Assembly: GCA_963761975.1 (NCBI GenBank)
Contig: CAVXIR010000002.1
Span: 1,477,912-1,541,911 of the forward strand
DNA: 64,000 nucleotides
From: Vicinamibacterales bacterium
GTDB taxonomy: Bacteria; Acidobacteriota; Vicinamibacteria; Vicinamibacterales; JAMQPK01
Direction: 5' to 3'
In this document: in pieces, positions 47,497 through 56,459 of the stretch
Position numbering within the stretch: position 1 is the stretch's first letter
Layout: each line of letters begins with the position of its first letter
The notes under the pieces: model-generated
Seen by the model: the letters and a program-made list of their open reading frames with translations, nothing else
Told to the model about the DNA's origin: nothing
Database searches by the model: none
Made by a program: the position numbers and the translations under genes

Positions 47497-47805
47497 GCGG
47501 CCGGAAGACGGCGACAGATACTAACCTGGGTCCCAATCGTCGCGGGACCCATCCCTGGCGGTGGAGAGTGCAGATGGGACCTGATGAACGAGCCATCCGT
47601 GAGGTTCATACAACTTGGATTGACGAGGCTGCGCGGACTGCGCTGAGGCAAGATCCAGCGTCGTGGAGAGTTAGCTAACCAAAAGCTAACGAACTCCCCA
47701 GCTCGAGCCGGTCCAGTCGACATGCGCTGGCAGTCGAAATCGTAGATTTCTTAATGATTTGGCACTTTCTGAACCTACCCGGCATCCACCAACACTCACT
47801 CTGCG

Positions 47806-47825
47806 AAATCCCCGCTTCCGCACCA
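47806..47825 (+). repeat. 20-bp remnant of the tRNA-Leu 3' end (outermost att-like repeat)
   Basis: aaatccccgcttccgcacca equals the last 20 nt of the tRNA (19551-19570). Confidence 0.7.
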
Positions 47826-47851
47826 GCCTTCGCTCGCGTTCAGGCGAAGGC
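47826..47851 (+). terminator. Hairpin directly after the outermost tRNA remnant (possibly the original tRNA terminator)
   Basis: gccttcgc (47826-47833) pairs with gcgaaggc (47844-47851), followed by tgttat. Confidence 0.4.
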
Positions 47852-47904
47852 TGTTATAACGGAACAACCGAGAGTGATAGGGAGCCGCAAGGCGAGCTTG
47901 ACGC

Positions 47905-48426
47905 CTACTTTCCTGGCGCCGACACTTTCAGATTGTTCCTGACGCTCTTCACCCCGTCGGTGGCTTTGGCCATCGATTCCGCGCGCATGCGGGCAGCCTC
48001 GGAGGAAACGGTGCCAATCAGCGTCACGGCGCCTCGTCCCACGTCGATATCGATATCGCTGTTGTCCAGCGCCGTCTCGGTCACGAATTGGGCAGCGACT
48101 CTGGCCTTGACCCAACCGTCCCTCAGACCCGTCCCGCCACCGGCGCGTGCCACGCGGAGGTTGTCCTTCACGCTCCTGACACCATCAGTCGCCTTGGCAA
48201 CGGCGCCCGCCCGATCCTTGGCAGCCTGAGTCGGGACGGAACCATGCAACGTCACCGCACCACTCTTGTATTCCACGTCGATATCACTGTTTTCCAACAC
48301 CTCTTCGGGGATGAACTGGGAGTAGATCTTGAGGATGACCCAGCCGTCCGAGAATTGAGGCTGAGTCGCCGCGGGAGCCGACATGAGCGGCAGAATCAAC
48401 AGCAAACCAAGGTGCATCCGTCTCAT
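47905..48426 (-). CDS. BON-domain protein (two BON domains, OsmY-like), secreted
   Basis: Signal peptide MHLGLLLILPLMSAPAATQ. Two repeats of ...NSDIDV..K/GRGAVTL.G.V.S/T.AA..RA...AKATDGV.SV.NNL.V. Confidence 0.85.
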   Translation of the reverse strand: MRRMHLGLLLILPLMSAPAATQPQFSDGWVILKIYSQFIPEEVLENSDIDVEYKSGAVTLHGSVPTQAAKDRAGAVAKATDGVRSVKDNLRVARAGGGTGLRDGWVKARVAAQFVTETALDNSDIDIDVGRGAVTLIGTVSSEAARMRAESMAKATDGVKSVRNNLKVSAPGK

Positions 48427-48689
48427 ACGATCTCCCTTTGCCGCAGTGGCGTGATTCGCGAGCGTTCCCGATGTGAGTGAATCGATACAACGTTCGAGGC
48501 GTGTGCGTCAATTGTCGCGGCGGTTACTTCGTTCTGGTGAGGCCTATTCGATCCGCTCGTGCCAGTTCGTCAACACATGAATCGTCTGACCGGCCGCTCA
48601 GGGATCTCCGAGACGAGAAATCGATCATGGTCCCGTAACGAAAGTTGGATGCAGCTTCTTGAAGATGATGTGCTCCGCAGGCTGAATGC

Positions 48690-51357
48690 AGTGGATGGTA
48701 CCACCCTCGCGGAACGGTGGTCTAACTGTTATCGAGGCGACCGCACGATACGAAACTTGGGCGCGACGTGGCCATCAAGGTCCTGCCTCAGGCATTGATG
48801 GACGACCCAGAACGGCGCATCCGTTTCGAGCGTGAGGCTCTGTTGCTGGCGAGTCTCAACCATCCGAACATTGCCACCATTCACGGAATCGAGCAGGTCG
48901 ATGGCGTTCAGGCGATTGTGCTCGAGCTCATAGCCGGCGACACGCTTCACGAGCGCCTCGTCCGAGGACGCCTCCCCGTTGGTGAGACGTTGGGATACGC
49001 GCTTCAAATCACGGAGGCGCTCGAAGCTGCCCACGAAAAAGGGGTGATTCACCGCGACTTGAAGCCGCGCAACATCAATTTACGCCGAATGGCACGGTGA
49101 AGGTGCTCGACTTCGGTCTGGCGAAGCTCGACGGGAACCGTGTTGACGCCGATCCGACGAACTCGCCCACGATCACCATCGGTGGTACTCAGCACGGTGT
49201 GATGCTCGGCACGGCCGCTTACATGAGCCCGGAGCAGGCTCGAGGGTTGACGGTCGTAAACGCACCGATGTCTGGACGTTTGGGTGCGTGTTGTATGAGA
49301 TGCTCACGGGACGCCCCCCGTTTGACGGCGAGAACACGACGGATGTGCTTGCCCGGGTCATCGAGCGCGAGCCGGATTTCGAGCGGCTGCCCAGTGATAT
49401 TCCAGCGGCCATCCGGCGTCTGGTGCGTCGTACCCTGGCGAAGGAACCGCACAATCGGCTGGCCGACATTTCTGACGCCCGCATGGAGATCGAGGACGCC
49501 GTTGCGGACGCGAAACAGGTTGCCCCCGTACCAGTTGCAGCCCGAAGACCTGTTCGTACCCGAATCGCTGCCGTGCTGCTGAGTCTTGTGACCGTTGTTG
49601 CCATCGCGGCGTTCATGTATGGACGCCGTCTTGGTCCGGAGCCGACGCCGGTGCGTTTCTCCATTACGCCACCTGCCGGTGTAGCCTGGTCGGTTCCAGG
49701 CGTTGACACGGTGATTGCCGTCTCGCCCGATGGCCGGCGGCTGGCATACAGCGGGCGCGGAAAAGATGGCAGAACGTCCTTGTGGATTCGCCCGCTGGAC
49801 GCGCTCGAATCGCGTGCGCTGGCCGGCACCGAGGGCGCTATCTCGCCCTTCTGGTCTCCCGACGGCCGGTCGATTGGCTTTTTCGCCGACAGCAACTGAA
49901 GCGGATCGACGCCGCCGGCGGGTCGGTCACGGTGCTGTGCGATGCCGTCAACAATCGCGGTGCGGCCTGGGGAGCAGACTACGTCATCATCTTCGCGCAC
50001 ACTTCGGTGCGCTCCAGAGGGTTTCGGCATCCGGTGGAATTCCGTCGCCAGCAAGCGTCTTGGCCGAGGGTGAGGTGTATCACTCGCGGCCGCACTTTTT
50101 GCCCGGTACCAACCGATTCATCTATCGCGTCGACGACCCAAGCCTGCGAGGGAGCCGCTACTTCCTGGCGTCGCTCGACTCCATGGAGCGCACGCTGTTG
50201 TCTCGCCTCGACTCGGGCAACGTTGCTTACCGCAGCAACACCTCCTGTTTGTAGAGAACGAGACGACGCTGATGGCCCAGCCGTTCGACCTGAAACGGCT
50301 CGCCCTGTCTGGTGAGCCGGTTCCAATTGCCGAAAACCTGCGTATCTCGATCGGAAATCGACCCTTGTTTGGTGTCTTTTCCGTCTCGCCGACCGGGGTC
50401 CTTGCGTACTTGACCGGAAGCGGAAGGGTTTCGTCGCGTCTGGTCTGGCTCGATCGGGCAGGGTGGCAGCTCGACGTGTTCGCAGACTCGGCCGATTACG
50501 TCGACCTCTCACTCTCGAACGATGGCGCTCGTGCGGCAGTGACACGGTACGATCCCGTCGTCAACACGGGCGATATCTGGTTGTTCGACGTCGCGCGCAA
50601 GCTGCCTACGCGTCTCACGTCGGATCGTGCCGATGAGGGCGGTCCGGTTTGGTCCGCTGACGGGTCATTTGTCGTTTTCGGGGCAAACCCGAAAAGTTCC
50701 AGCACAAGATTCCCGGCTATCTTCACCGGCCTCCGTCAGCAGGTGTCCAGTGGCCGCGAGGAGGCAAAAACTCTCGTCGAACGGACCGGCGAGCTCGACC
50801 TCGGTTCTCGCGGCGCGAAGTTCGCGACGAGCTGGTCGCGCGACGGGAAATTCATTCTCTTCAACGAGGCGGTAATCGAGCGCTCGGTGATGGGGCTCGA
50901 TCTGTGGGTGCTGCCGCTCGGTGCCAGCCCATTTCCGTTTATCCGCACCGAGTTCGCCGAGTTCGGGGGACAGTTTTCACCGGATGGCCGTTGGGTCGCC
51001 TACACGTCGACCGAATCAGGACGTCCAGAAATCTACGTTGCGTCGTTTCCAAAGGCTGAGACCCGCAACAGAATTTCGCCCGCCGGGGGTGCTCAGCCGC
51101 GGTGGCGGAACGACGGCAGGGAAATCTTCTATGTTTCAGCCGACTCCAGAATGATGGCAGTCACCGTCAATCCAGGTAGTGAGACGTTCGAGGTTGGACA
51201 AGTCACGCCGCTCTTCAAGGCGGAGCTTCCTGCCACTCGGTCACCATACGCGGTGACGCCCGACGGTCAGCGCTTTCTGATCATTGCCGAGTCCCCGGAT
51301 CAACCCGTCACGCCGATGACCGTGGTGCTCAACTGGTCGTCGATGCTCAAAAGATGA
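48690..51357 (+). pseudogene. Ser/Thr kinase-TolB-like fusion gene broken by at least six frameshifts
   Basis: Homology runs through frames 1>3>2>1>3>2>1: ...YRG / DTKLGRDVAIKVL..HRDLKP / TPNGTVKVLDFGLAK..MSPEQARG / KRTDVWTFGCVLYEML.. / LKRIDAAGG.. / RVSASGG.. / 50272-51357. Confidence 0.8.
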
Positions 51358-51362
51358 CAGCC

Positions 51363-51848
51363 TCAGCCCGTACTTGTTTTCAATTCCCGCAGCAGCCACA
51401 CCCTGGCGAGTTTCCAGTCGCGCATGACGGTATCGACCGACACGCCCAACGCTTCGGCCGTCTCCTCAACGCTCAGCCCGCCAAAGAAACGCATCTCGAC
51501 CACTTTGCTCTTGCGCTCATCAACCCGCGCCAACGCCTCCAGCGCATCATCGAGTGCGACAAGATCGCGGCCAGGCTCTACGATCAACAGCCCTTCATCC
51601 AGCGACACTTTCTGAGCGCCCGCGCCTCGCTTCTGGTATTTGCGGGACCGCGCGGAGTCCACAAGGATTCGGCGCATCAGCCGCGCCGACATCGCGAAAA
51701 AGTGCGCGCGGTTCTGCCACTGGACTTTGTGAATGTCGACGAGCCTGAGATAGGCCTCGTTGACGAGCGCCGTCGCCTGCAGCGAATGCCCCACACGCTC
51801 GTTCCCCATGTAGTGCCGGGCGAGTCGTCTGAGCTCCTCATAAACCAA
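51363..51848 (-). CDS. ECF-type sigma-70 factor (TIGR02999-like); true N-terminus uncertain
   Basis: VYEELRRLARHYM, ATALVNEAYLRL and a region-4 HTH LSVEETAEALGVSVDTVMRDW. Family-like sequence (VTQLLLSWGKGNPAALDELTP) continues upstream of the TTG at 51848. Confidence 0.85.
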   Translation of the reverse strand: MVYEELRRLARHYMGNERVGHSLQATALVNEAYLRLVDIHKVQWQNRAHFFAMSARLMRRILVDSARSRKYQKRGAGAQKVSLDEGLLIVEPGRDLVALDDALEALARVDERKSKVVEMRFFGGLSVEETAEALGVSVDTVMRDWKLARVWLLRELKTSTG

Positions 51849-52033
51849 AGGGGTCAGCTCGTCTAACGCCGCTGGGTTCCCTTTTCCCCACGAGAGGAGC
51901 AGCTGGGTAACCTCCGGCGCCGGCTTCGTTCCGTCTGGACCGTTTCGGTTGTCTGGAATAGGCGGATTCTAAGCCAGAACACGCTGAACCGTCCGTGCGT
52001 GTCAGTCTGGCGCGTCGTCAGGGCGTGACAATG

Positions 52034-52588
52034 TCAATTGCACGAAGCCGCAACCCGTTTCAACGAACGCGCGCGCATCTCGCCGTCCGCGAGCGTGCCG
52101 GTTGCGACGACGCGCTGGCCGACATAGGTTGGCAGTCTCAGCGTCCTGGCTTCGTCCACGACCTCGATCTGTGACGAGCGCTTCTTCAGAAAACCCGACT
52201 TCCAGCTCCGCGACTTCGGCGCATCTGCGCCTGATGTGTTTTTCAGTCGGAACGAGCCCTTGTCGATTTCGAGGCACCCCGTGATGGTGACCGGCGCCAA
52301 CGCCTGGACGTTCGATACGGTAGGCAGCTTCGGCGATTCGGCTGGCGGCATCTTCGCCGTCGTATTTTCCGTTGCAGACGGTTTGGCCGGAACGGTCATC
52401 GTGGCCGCAGCCTTCGGCACCGCAGTCTTCTTCGTGTCCACTCGCGGTGTCATTGGCCGCGTGTTTCTTCCTCGTTCGATTTCCAGCGGCAGCGCGCCTG
52501 CGCCGGCGACCTCGGTTGAGTATGAGGGCTGGTCTGCCGTGATAAACGCCGCCGCGGCCACGAGACAGACTGTTAGAAGAATCGCCAT
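52034..52588 (-). CDS. membrane-anchored hypothetical protein upstream of the ECF sigma gene
   Basis: ATG at 52588 gives MAILLTVCLVAAAAFI (TM), a Pro/Ala/Thr-rich linker and a C-terminal domain. The longer N-terminal extension is Arg-rich and doubtful. Confidence 0.4.
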   Translation of the reverse strand: MAILLTVCLVAAAAFITADQPSYSTEVAGAGALPLEIERGRNTRPMTPRVDTKKTAVPKAAATMTVPAKPSATENTTAKMPPAESPKLPTVSNVQALAPVTITGCLEIDKGSFRLKNTSGADAPKSRSWKSGFLKKRSSQIEVVDEARTLRLPTYVGQRVVATGTLADGEMRARSLKRVAASCN

Positions 52589-52985
52589 CGCCGCTGAGCT
52601 CGGCCTCGAAAGTCGCTTCGAGGTTCTGGCATTTGAGGCGTTTTTCGAACGCGACGGGTGCTTGGCTCTCCTGAGGCGCGCGGATATTCTCTTGAGCGAG
52701 ATCCGTCGAAGCCTACGGTCTGCCAAGAGTAGATATCGAATCGACGACGACGGCTTCTTCGCCCTTCGCGCGCGCATTGGCATTCCTCCTGACAGGAAGT
52801 CTCTGTCGGTCTCATTTCAGCAAATGCGGTGCCCGATCAGGAGCGGCGGTTACTGCCCGTAACCGGCTGTGGCCACTGGGGTTGCGATCCAAGACCGTGG
52901 GGTCGGCTCAGAATGGAACACTCGTTTCCGTGATCGCTCCGCGGCAATTGTGTGTAAACATTCCGGTTTCCACGAACCGTTTGTG

Positions 52986-54212
52986 ATGCGAGCCCTTTTC
53001 ATTCCTCTTGCGCTCGTCTGTTTGCTCGCGGCGGCTCCGCCCGATCAGCGGGAAGCGCAATGGCGCGCTGCGATTCGTGACGCGCTGTTCATCCCGAATC
53101 CCCTCCCGAATCTTGCGTCGCAGACTCACGGTCGCTTTGAGCCGGCGACGGGTGTCAGCGCCGAACGGGTGACCTATGGCACGCAGTTCGGGATGCGCGT
53201 TCCGGCCATTCTGTACCTGCCACGCCCCCTTCCCTCGGCCAAGATCCCTGCGCTCATCATCGTTAACGGACACGGCGGCGACAAATACAGCTGGTATGCG
53301 TTCTACGCGGGTGTCCTTTACGCGCGGGCGGGCGCGGCGGTGCTGACCTACGATCCGACGGGCGAGGGCGAGCGCAACGGCGAACGGAAGTCCGGCACAC
53401 GAGAACACGACGAAGTGGAACCGCCGGCGGAGCTCGCGCGCCGCCTTGGCGGCCTGATGGTGACCGATGTCATGCAGGCCGTCTGGTACCTCGCTCAGCG
53501 ACCCGAGGTCGACCGCGGGCGCATCGCCGCCGTCGGGTATTCGATGGGGTCGTTCATCCTGGCCCTGGCCGGCGCGGTCGACACACGCTTGCGCGCGACC
53601 GTGCTCGTCGGCGGAGGCAATCTCGATGGGCCGGACGAGTACTGGGACAAGAGCAAACCGATGTGCCAGGGGATCCCGTATCAATCGCTTGCGCCGCTCG
53701 GCGATCGACCTGCCGTCATCTATGTTCTTCACGCGTCGCGAGGGCAGACCCTGATCTTCAACGGCCTCGAAGATGACACGGTTCGCATCCCGAAAAACGC
53801 AGCGTCCTTTTTCGAAGACCTCCGGCTGCGCACGGCACGGTTGATCGGACGCTCAGAGAATGTCTTCGAGGTGGGTTTTGTACCTGGCGTGGGGCATCGG
53901 CCACACTTTGTCACGCAGCCCGTCGCCGCCTGGTTGGAGCGTCAGGTCGATTTCCCCAACTGGCGCGAGGCAGATATCGAGAAACTCCCCGTGACGCACA
54001 TCAGCGCGTGGGCTCGAACGGAGCACCTCGAGATGGATCCGCTGTATGCCACCGAGCATCGCGAAGGGGGCACGCGCGCGCTAGGAACCGGTGTGCCCGG
54101 TTTAGGTCGCGAAGATCTAAGCGTCTTCAGCGAAGAAGACTGGCGACGCCAGAAGCCTGTGCTCGTGCACCAACGCTGGCGCGAACTTGCGAAGGCGCGA
54201 ATGGGGCTATGA
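52986..54212 (+). CDS. alpha/beta-hydrolase (acetyl-xylan-esterase / S9 peptidase-like), secreted
   Basis: ATG at 52986 with signal peptide MRALFIPLALVCLLAAAP. Contains VNGHGGDK, the nucleophile elbow GYSMGS and a C-terminal GVGHRP. Confidence 0.75.
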   Translation: MRALFIPLALVCLLAAAPPDQREAQWRAAIRDALFIPNPLPNLASQTHGRFEPATGVSAERVTYGTQFGMRVPAILYLPRPLPSAKIPALIIVNGHGGDKYSWYAFYAGVLYARAGAAVLTYDPTGEGERNGERKSGTREHDEVEPPAELARRLGGLMVTDVMQAVWYLAQRPEVDRGRIAAVGYSMGSFILALAGAVDTRLRATVLVGGGNLDGPDEYWDKSKPMCQGIPYQSLAPLGDRPAVIYVLHASRGQTLIFNGLEDDTVRIPKNAASFFEDLRLRTARLIGRSENVFEVGFVPGVGHRPHFVTQPVAAWLERQVDFPNWREADIEKLPVTHISAWARTEHLEMDPLYATEHREGGTRALGTGVPGLGREDLSVFSEEDWRRQKPVLVHQRWRELAKARMGL

Positions 54213-54238
54213 CGCGACACCTGCCGGTGCGCCGCATC

Positions 54239-54270
54239 TTGACCTTAAAGCTAGCTTGAGGGTTTCTAAT
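54239..54270 (+). promoter_or_regulatory. MerR-type promoter: TTGACC, 19-20-nt spacer containing a 22-bp dyad, then TTCTAAT
   Basis: ttgacc (54239-54244). Dyad accttaaagctagcttgagggt (54242-63, 18/22 symmetric). -10-like ttctaat (54264-70). The merR-like ATG is at 54277. Confidence 0.5.
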
Positions 54271-54276
54271 TCAGTC

Positions 54277-54699
54277 ATGCTCATTGGAGACATTTCCAAA
54301 CTCTTGGATATCACACCCGCCACCATCCGCTATTACGAGGAGATCGGCGTGCTGACCCCGCCTCGTCGGTCGGAGTCCGGGTACCGCCGCTACACGGATG
54401 CGAGCCTCGAGGAGCTGCGTTTCATCAAGAAGGGCCAGGGGTTGGGATTTTCGCTGGAAGAGATTCGTGAGATTCTCAGAATCAGTCGTGCCGGCGAAGC
54501 CCCGTGCTCGCACGTGCTGGAGCTCGCCGAGCGAAATCTCGCCGCCGCCGAGGAGCGCATCCAACACCTTCAGGCCTTCTGCGATCGCCTTACGGCGCTC
54601 ATCGACAAGTGGAAAGGGAAGTCGGCGGCGAGCTGTCACAGCGGCGGATTGTGCGAGATCATCAACTCGGCAGACCTTCCCGTCGAGCCCATGCAGTAA
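54277..54699 (+). CDS. MerR-family (CueR/heavy-metal-type) transcriptional regulator
   Basis: MLIGDISKLLDITPATIRYYEEIGVL..P.R..SGYRRY. A dimerisation helix. C-terminal Cys residues (CSH..., SCHSGGLC). Confidence 0.9.
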   Translation: MLIGDISKLLDITPATIRYYEEIGVLTPPRRSESGYRRYTDASLEELRFIKKGQGLGFSLEEIREILRISRAGEAPCSHVLELAERNLAAAEERIQHLQAFCDRLTALIDKWKGKSAASCHSGGLCEIINSADLPVEPMQ

Positions 54700-54772
54700 G
54701 AGCGTTCACCTTGACATCCAGGTAAACGCGCTGGAGATATCTGTTGCCGTCGGCGGCGCGGCTTTGCTTTGG

Positions 54773-55144
54773 ATGCTGCTCGGTTTCTTCGCGCTGAGAG
54801 TCGTGGGCCAGCTTCTCGTGGCCTCGGGTGTCGCGCCTTTTCTCCCGCCGATGGACGACTGGCAATCCGGCCTGTTGCCGTATCCGCTCCTGCTGGCATC
54901 GCAGATCGCGATCCTCGGCATCTTTGGCACAGTGTGCGTGCAGTTCACGCGCGGCCGCGGCTACTTCGTCCGTCACCATACCTGGCTCGCGACGCCGTTG
55001 TGGATCATCGGATGGGTCTACGCGGCTGGGATGATCGTGCGATACGTGGTCTTCAGGCGCGATGCGATTCCCGTCGTGCTTCACCTCGTGCTGGCGAGTT
55101 TTCTCCTCACCGTCGCACGTCACCATCAAACCCACCGCATCTAG
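54773..55144 (+). CDS. small integral membrane protein
   Basis: Four hydrophobic segments downstream of the merR-like gene. The start is uncertain (ATG 54773, with possible TTG/CTG upstream). Confidence 0.45.
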   Translation: MLLGFFALRVVGQLLVASGVAPFLPPMDDWQSGLLPYPLLLASQIAILGIFGTVCVQFTRGRGYFVRHHTWLATPLWIIGWVYAAGMIVRYVVFRRDAIPVVLHLVLASFLLTVARHHQTHRI

Positions 55145-55149
55145 CGGCC

Positions 55150-55200
55150 GCACCTAACGCACCCAACGCACCTATCGCACCTAACGCACCTAACGCACCC
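55150..55200 (+). repeat. 9-bp tandem repeat GCACCTAAC, about 5.7 copies
   Basis: gcacctaac gcacccaac gcacctatc gcacctaac gcacctaac gcaccc, directly after the stop at 55142-55144. No complementary arm nearby. Confidence 0.9.
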
Positions 55201-55619
55201 AGTTCTGGGGTTGCACCGATCTTCGCGTGCATTGCCATGTTTGCATCGTACCGTCCGGCGCGCCGAGCGACGTTGCAAGCCGAGTGACGGACGCCAGAAA
55301 TGGAAGAAGTTCGCGACTATCGAACAACTAGTTCTCTGAACAGATCACTAATTCATCAGGACATGAGTTATCTGCCCCACAAATGAAGTTCACCCCTTGG
55401 TCTGACTTGTGCATAGAGAGCCACCAGGGAGTGCAAAACAGTGGAAGGTCCAGATTCACGGCGTGGGAAATTACCGGAAATCCGGGCAGAAGAAGACACG
55501 ATTACGTTTCTTCTGACCGTTGGGCTGCCGACCGGCATCACAGGTAGCCTGCTGTTGCGCTGCGGCCGGGATGGCGAGATTTACGCGTCCATCGCCCCGG
55601 TTACGCCGAAGAAAAGCCG

Positions 55620-56420
55620 CTAGGATCCCGCCTTCGCGCGCGCATCCGTCTGACGCGGCAGACTCTTCAGCAGCGCGCGCGCTTTCCGGAACCAGGGCCG
55701 CTCGCGGCGGCGAATGTACTCGGGCATCGTTGCCTTCTTCCGAAGGATCTGCTCTGCCAGTTCGCGAGCTTCATTGTGCCGCCCTTCCGCGGCGAGAAGA
55801 CACGCATAGTTGTACTGCGTTTCCGACAGGGTCGACACCTGCAGGGTCTTTGCAAACAGCGCGTCTGCTTTCTCACGCTGATTGATTTTTGTCAGGGTCT
55901 GCGCGCGCAGGCCCGCCGCCCGCAGGTAGTCGTACTTCGGATCCCGCGCGAGCACCTTCTCCAAATCGGCCTCGGCCGCCGCAAAGTCATGTAAAGCTAT
56001 CGCCGAGAGTGCCCGGCGGTAGAGCGGATCGATCTCGGGGCTGCGAGCGATCACTCTATCGAAGCATTCCCGCGCCTTCGCAAACTGGCTGTCGTCCAGA
56101 TACAGATCGCCTAGCTCTTCATAGTTGCCGACCGATGGGTTGTCGAGCACGAGCCCCTCGAGTTGCTTGATGCGCTTGCGGCGCGGGAACACCTGGAAGG
56201 CGCCGCGGAGCAGGCCAGCGTCGGGAATGACCTCGACGGCGATGTAGATGAGCGCGCCGACCCCGCCGAACATGAGAATGATCCAGAGCCAGTAGGTCTC
56301 GGGCCGTCGACGCACGAAATGCAGGATGGCGATGGCCTGCAGGACGATGCCGTAGGGATAAATCAGCCCGAACACTGGAGCGCGAAATATAACAGAGGCG
56401 GGCTCGATAGCAGATGGCAT
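55620..56420 (-). CDS. membrane protein with C-terminal TPR repeats
   Basis: ATG at 56420. Two or three TM segments, then TPR-like helices (GDLYLDDSQFAKARECFDRVIARSP...). The 770-aa track ORF upstream of this point is a GC shadow of sppA. Confidence 0.7.
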   Translation of the reverse strand: MPSAIEPASVIFRAPVFGLIYPYGIVLQAIAILHFVRRRPETYWLWIILMFGGVGALIYIAVEVIPDAGLLRGAFQVFPRRKRIKQLEGLVLDNPSVGNYEELGDLYLDDSQFAKARECFDRVIARSPEIDPLYRRALSAIALHDFAAAEADLEKVLARDPKYDYLRAAGLRAQTLTKINQREKADALFAKTLQVSTLSETQYNYACLLAAEGRHNEARELAEQILRKKATMPEYIRRRERPWFRKARALLKSLPRQTDARAKAGS

Positions 56421-56459
56421 GACATGTATCGTGTAATCTGAGGGTAAGGAGCTCCTGCC

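Larger units (their letters stand above)
42098..47805. mobile_element. Possible older, degraded integrated element (second tyrosine recombinase plus a 20-bp att remnant)
   Basis: Lies between the 57-bp repeat and a 20-bp copy of the tRNA 3' end. Contains a tyrosine recombinase, gene fragments and relics. Confidence 0.4.

Noticed and set aside
55441-55623. 60-aa ORF in the AT-richer gap before the TPR gene.
   Set aside because: It is GTG-initiated with no SD or motif, and its end overlaps the convergent TPR gene stop. Coding cannot be supported from sequence alone.
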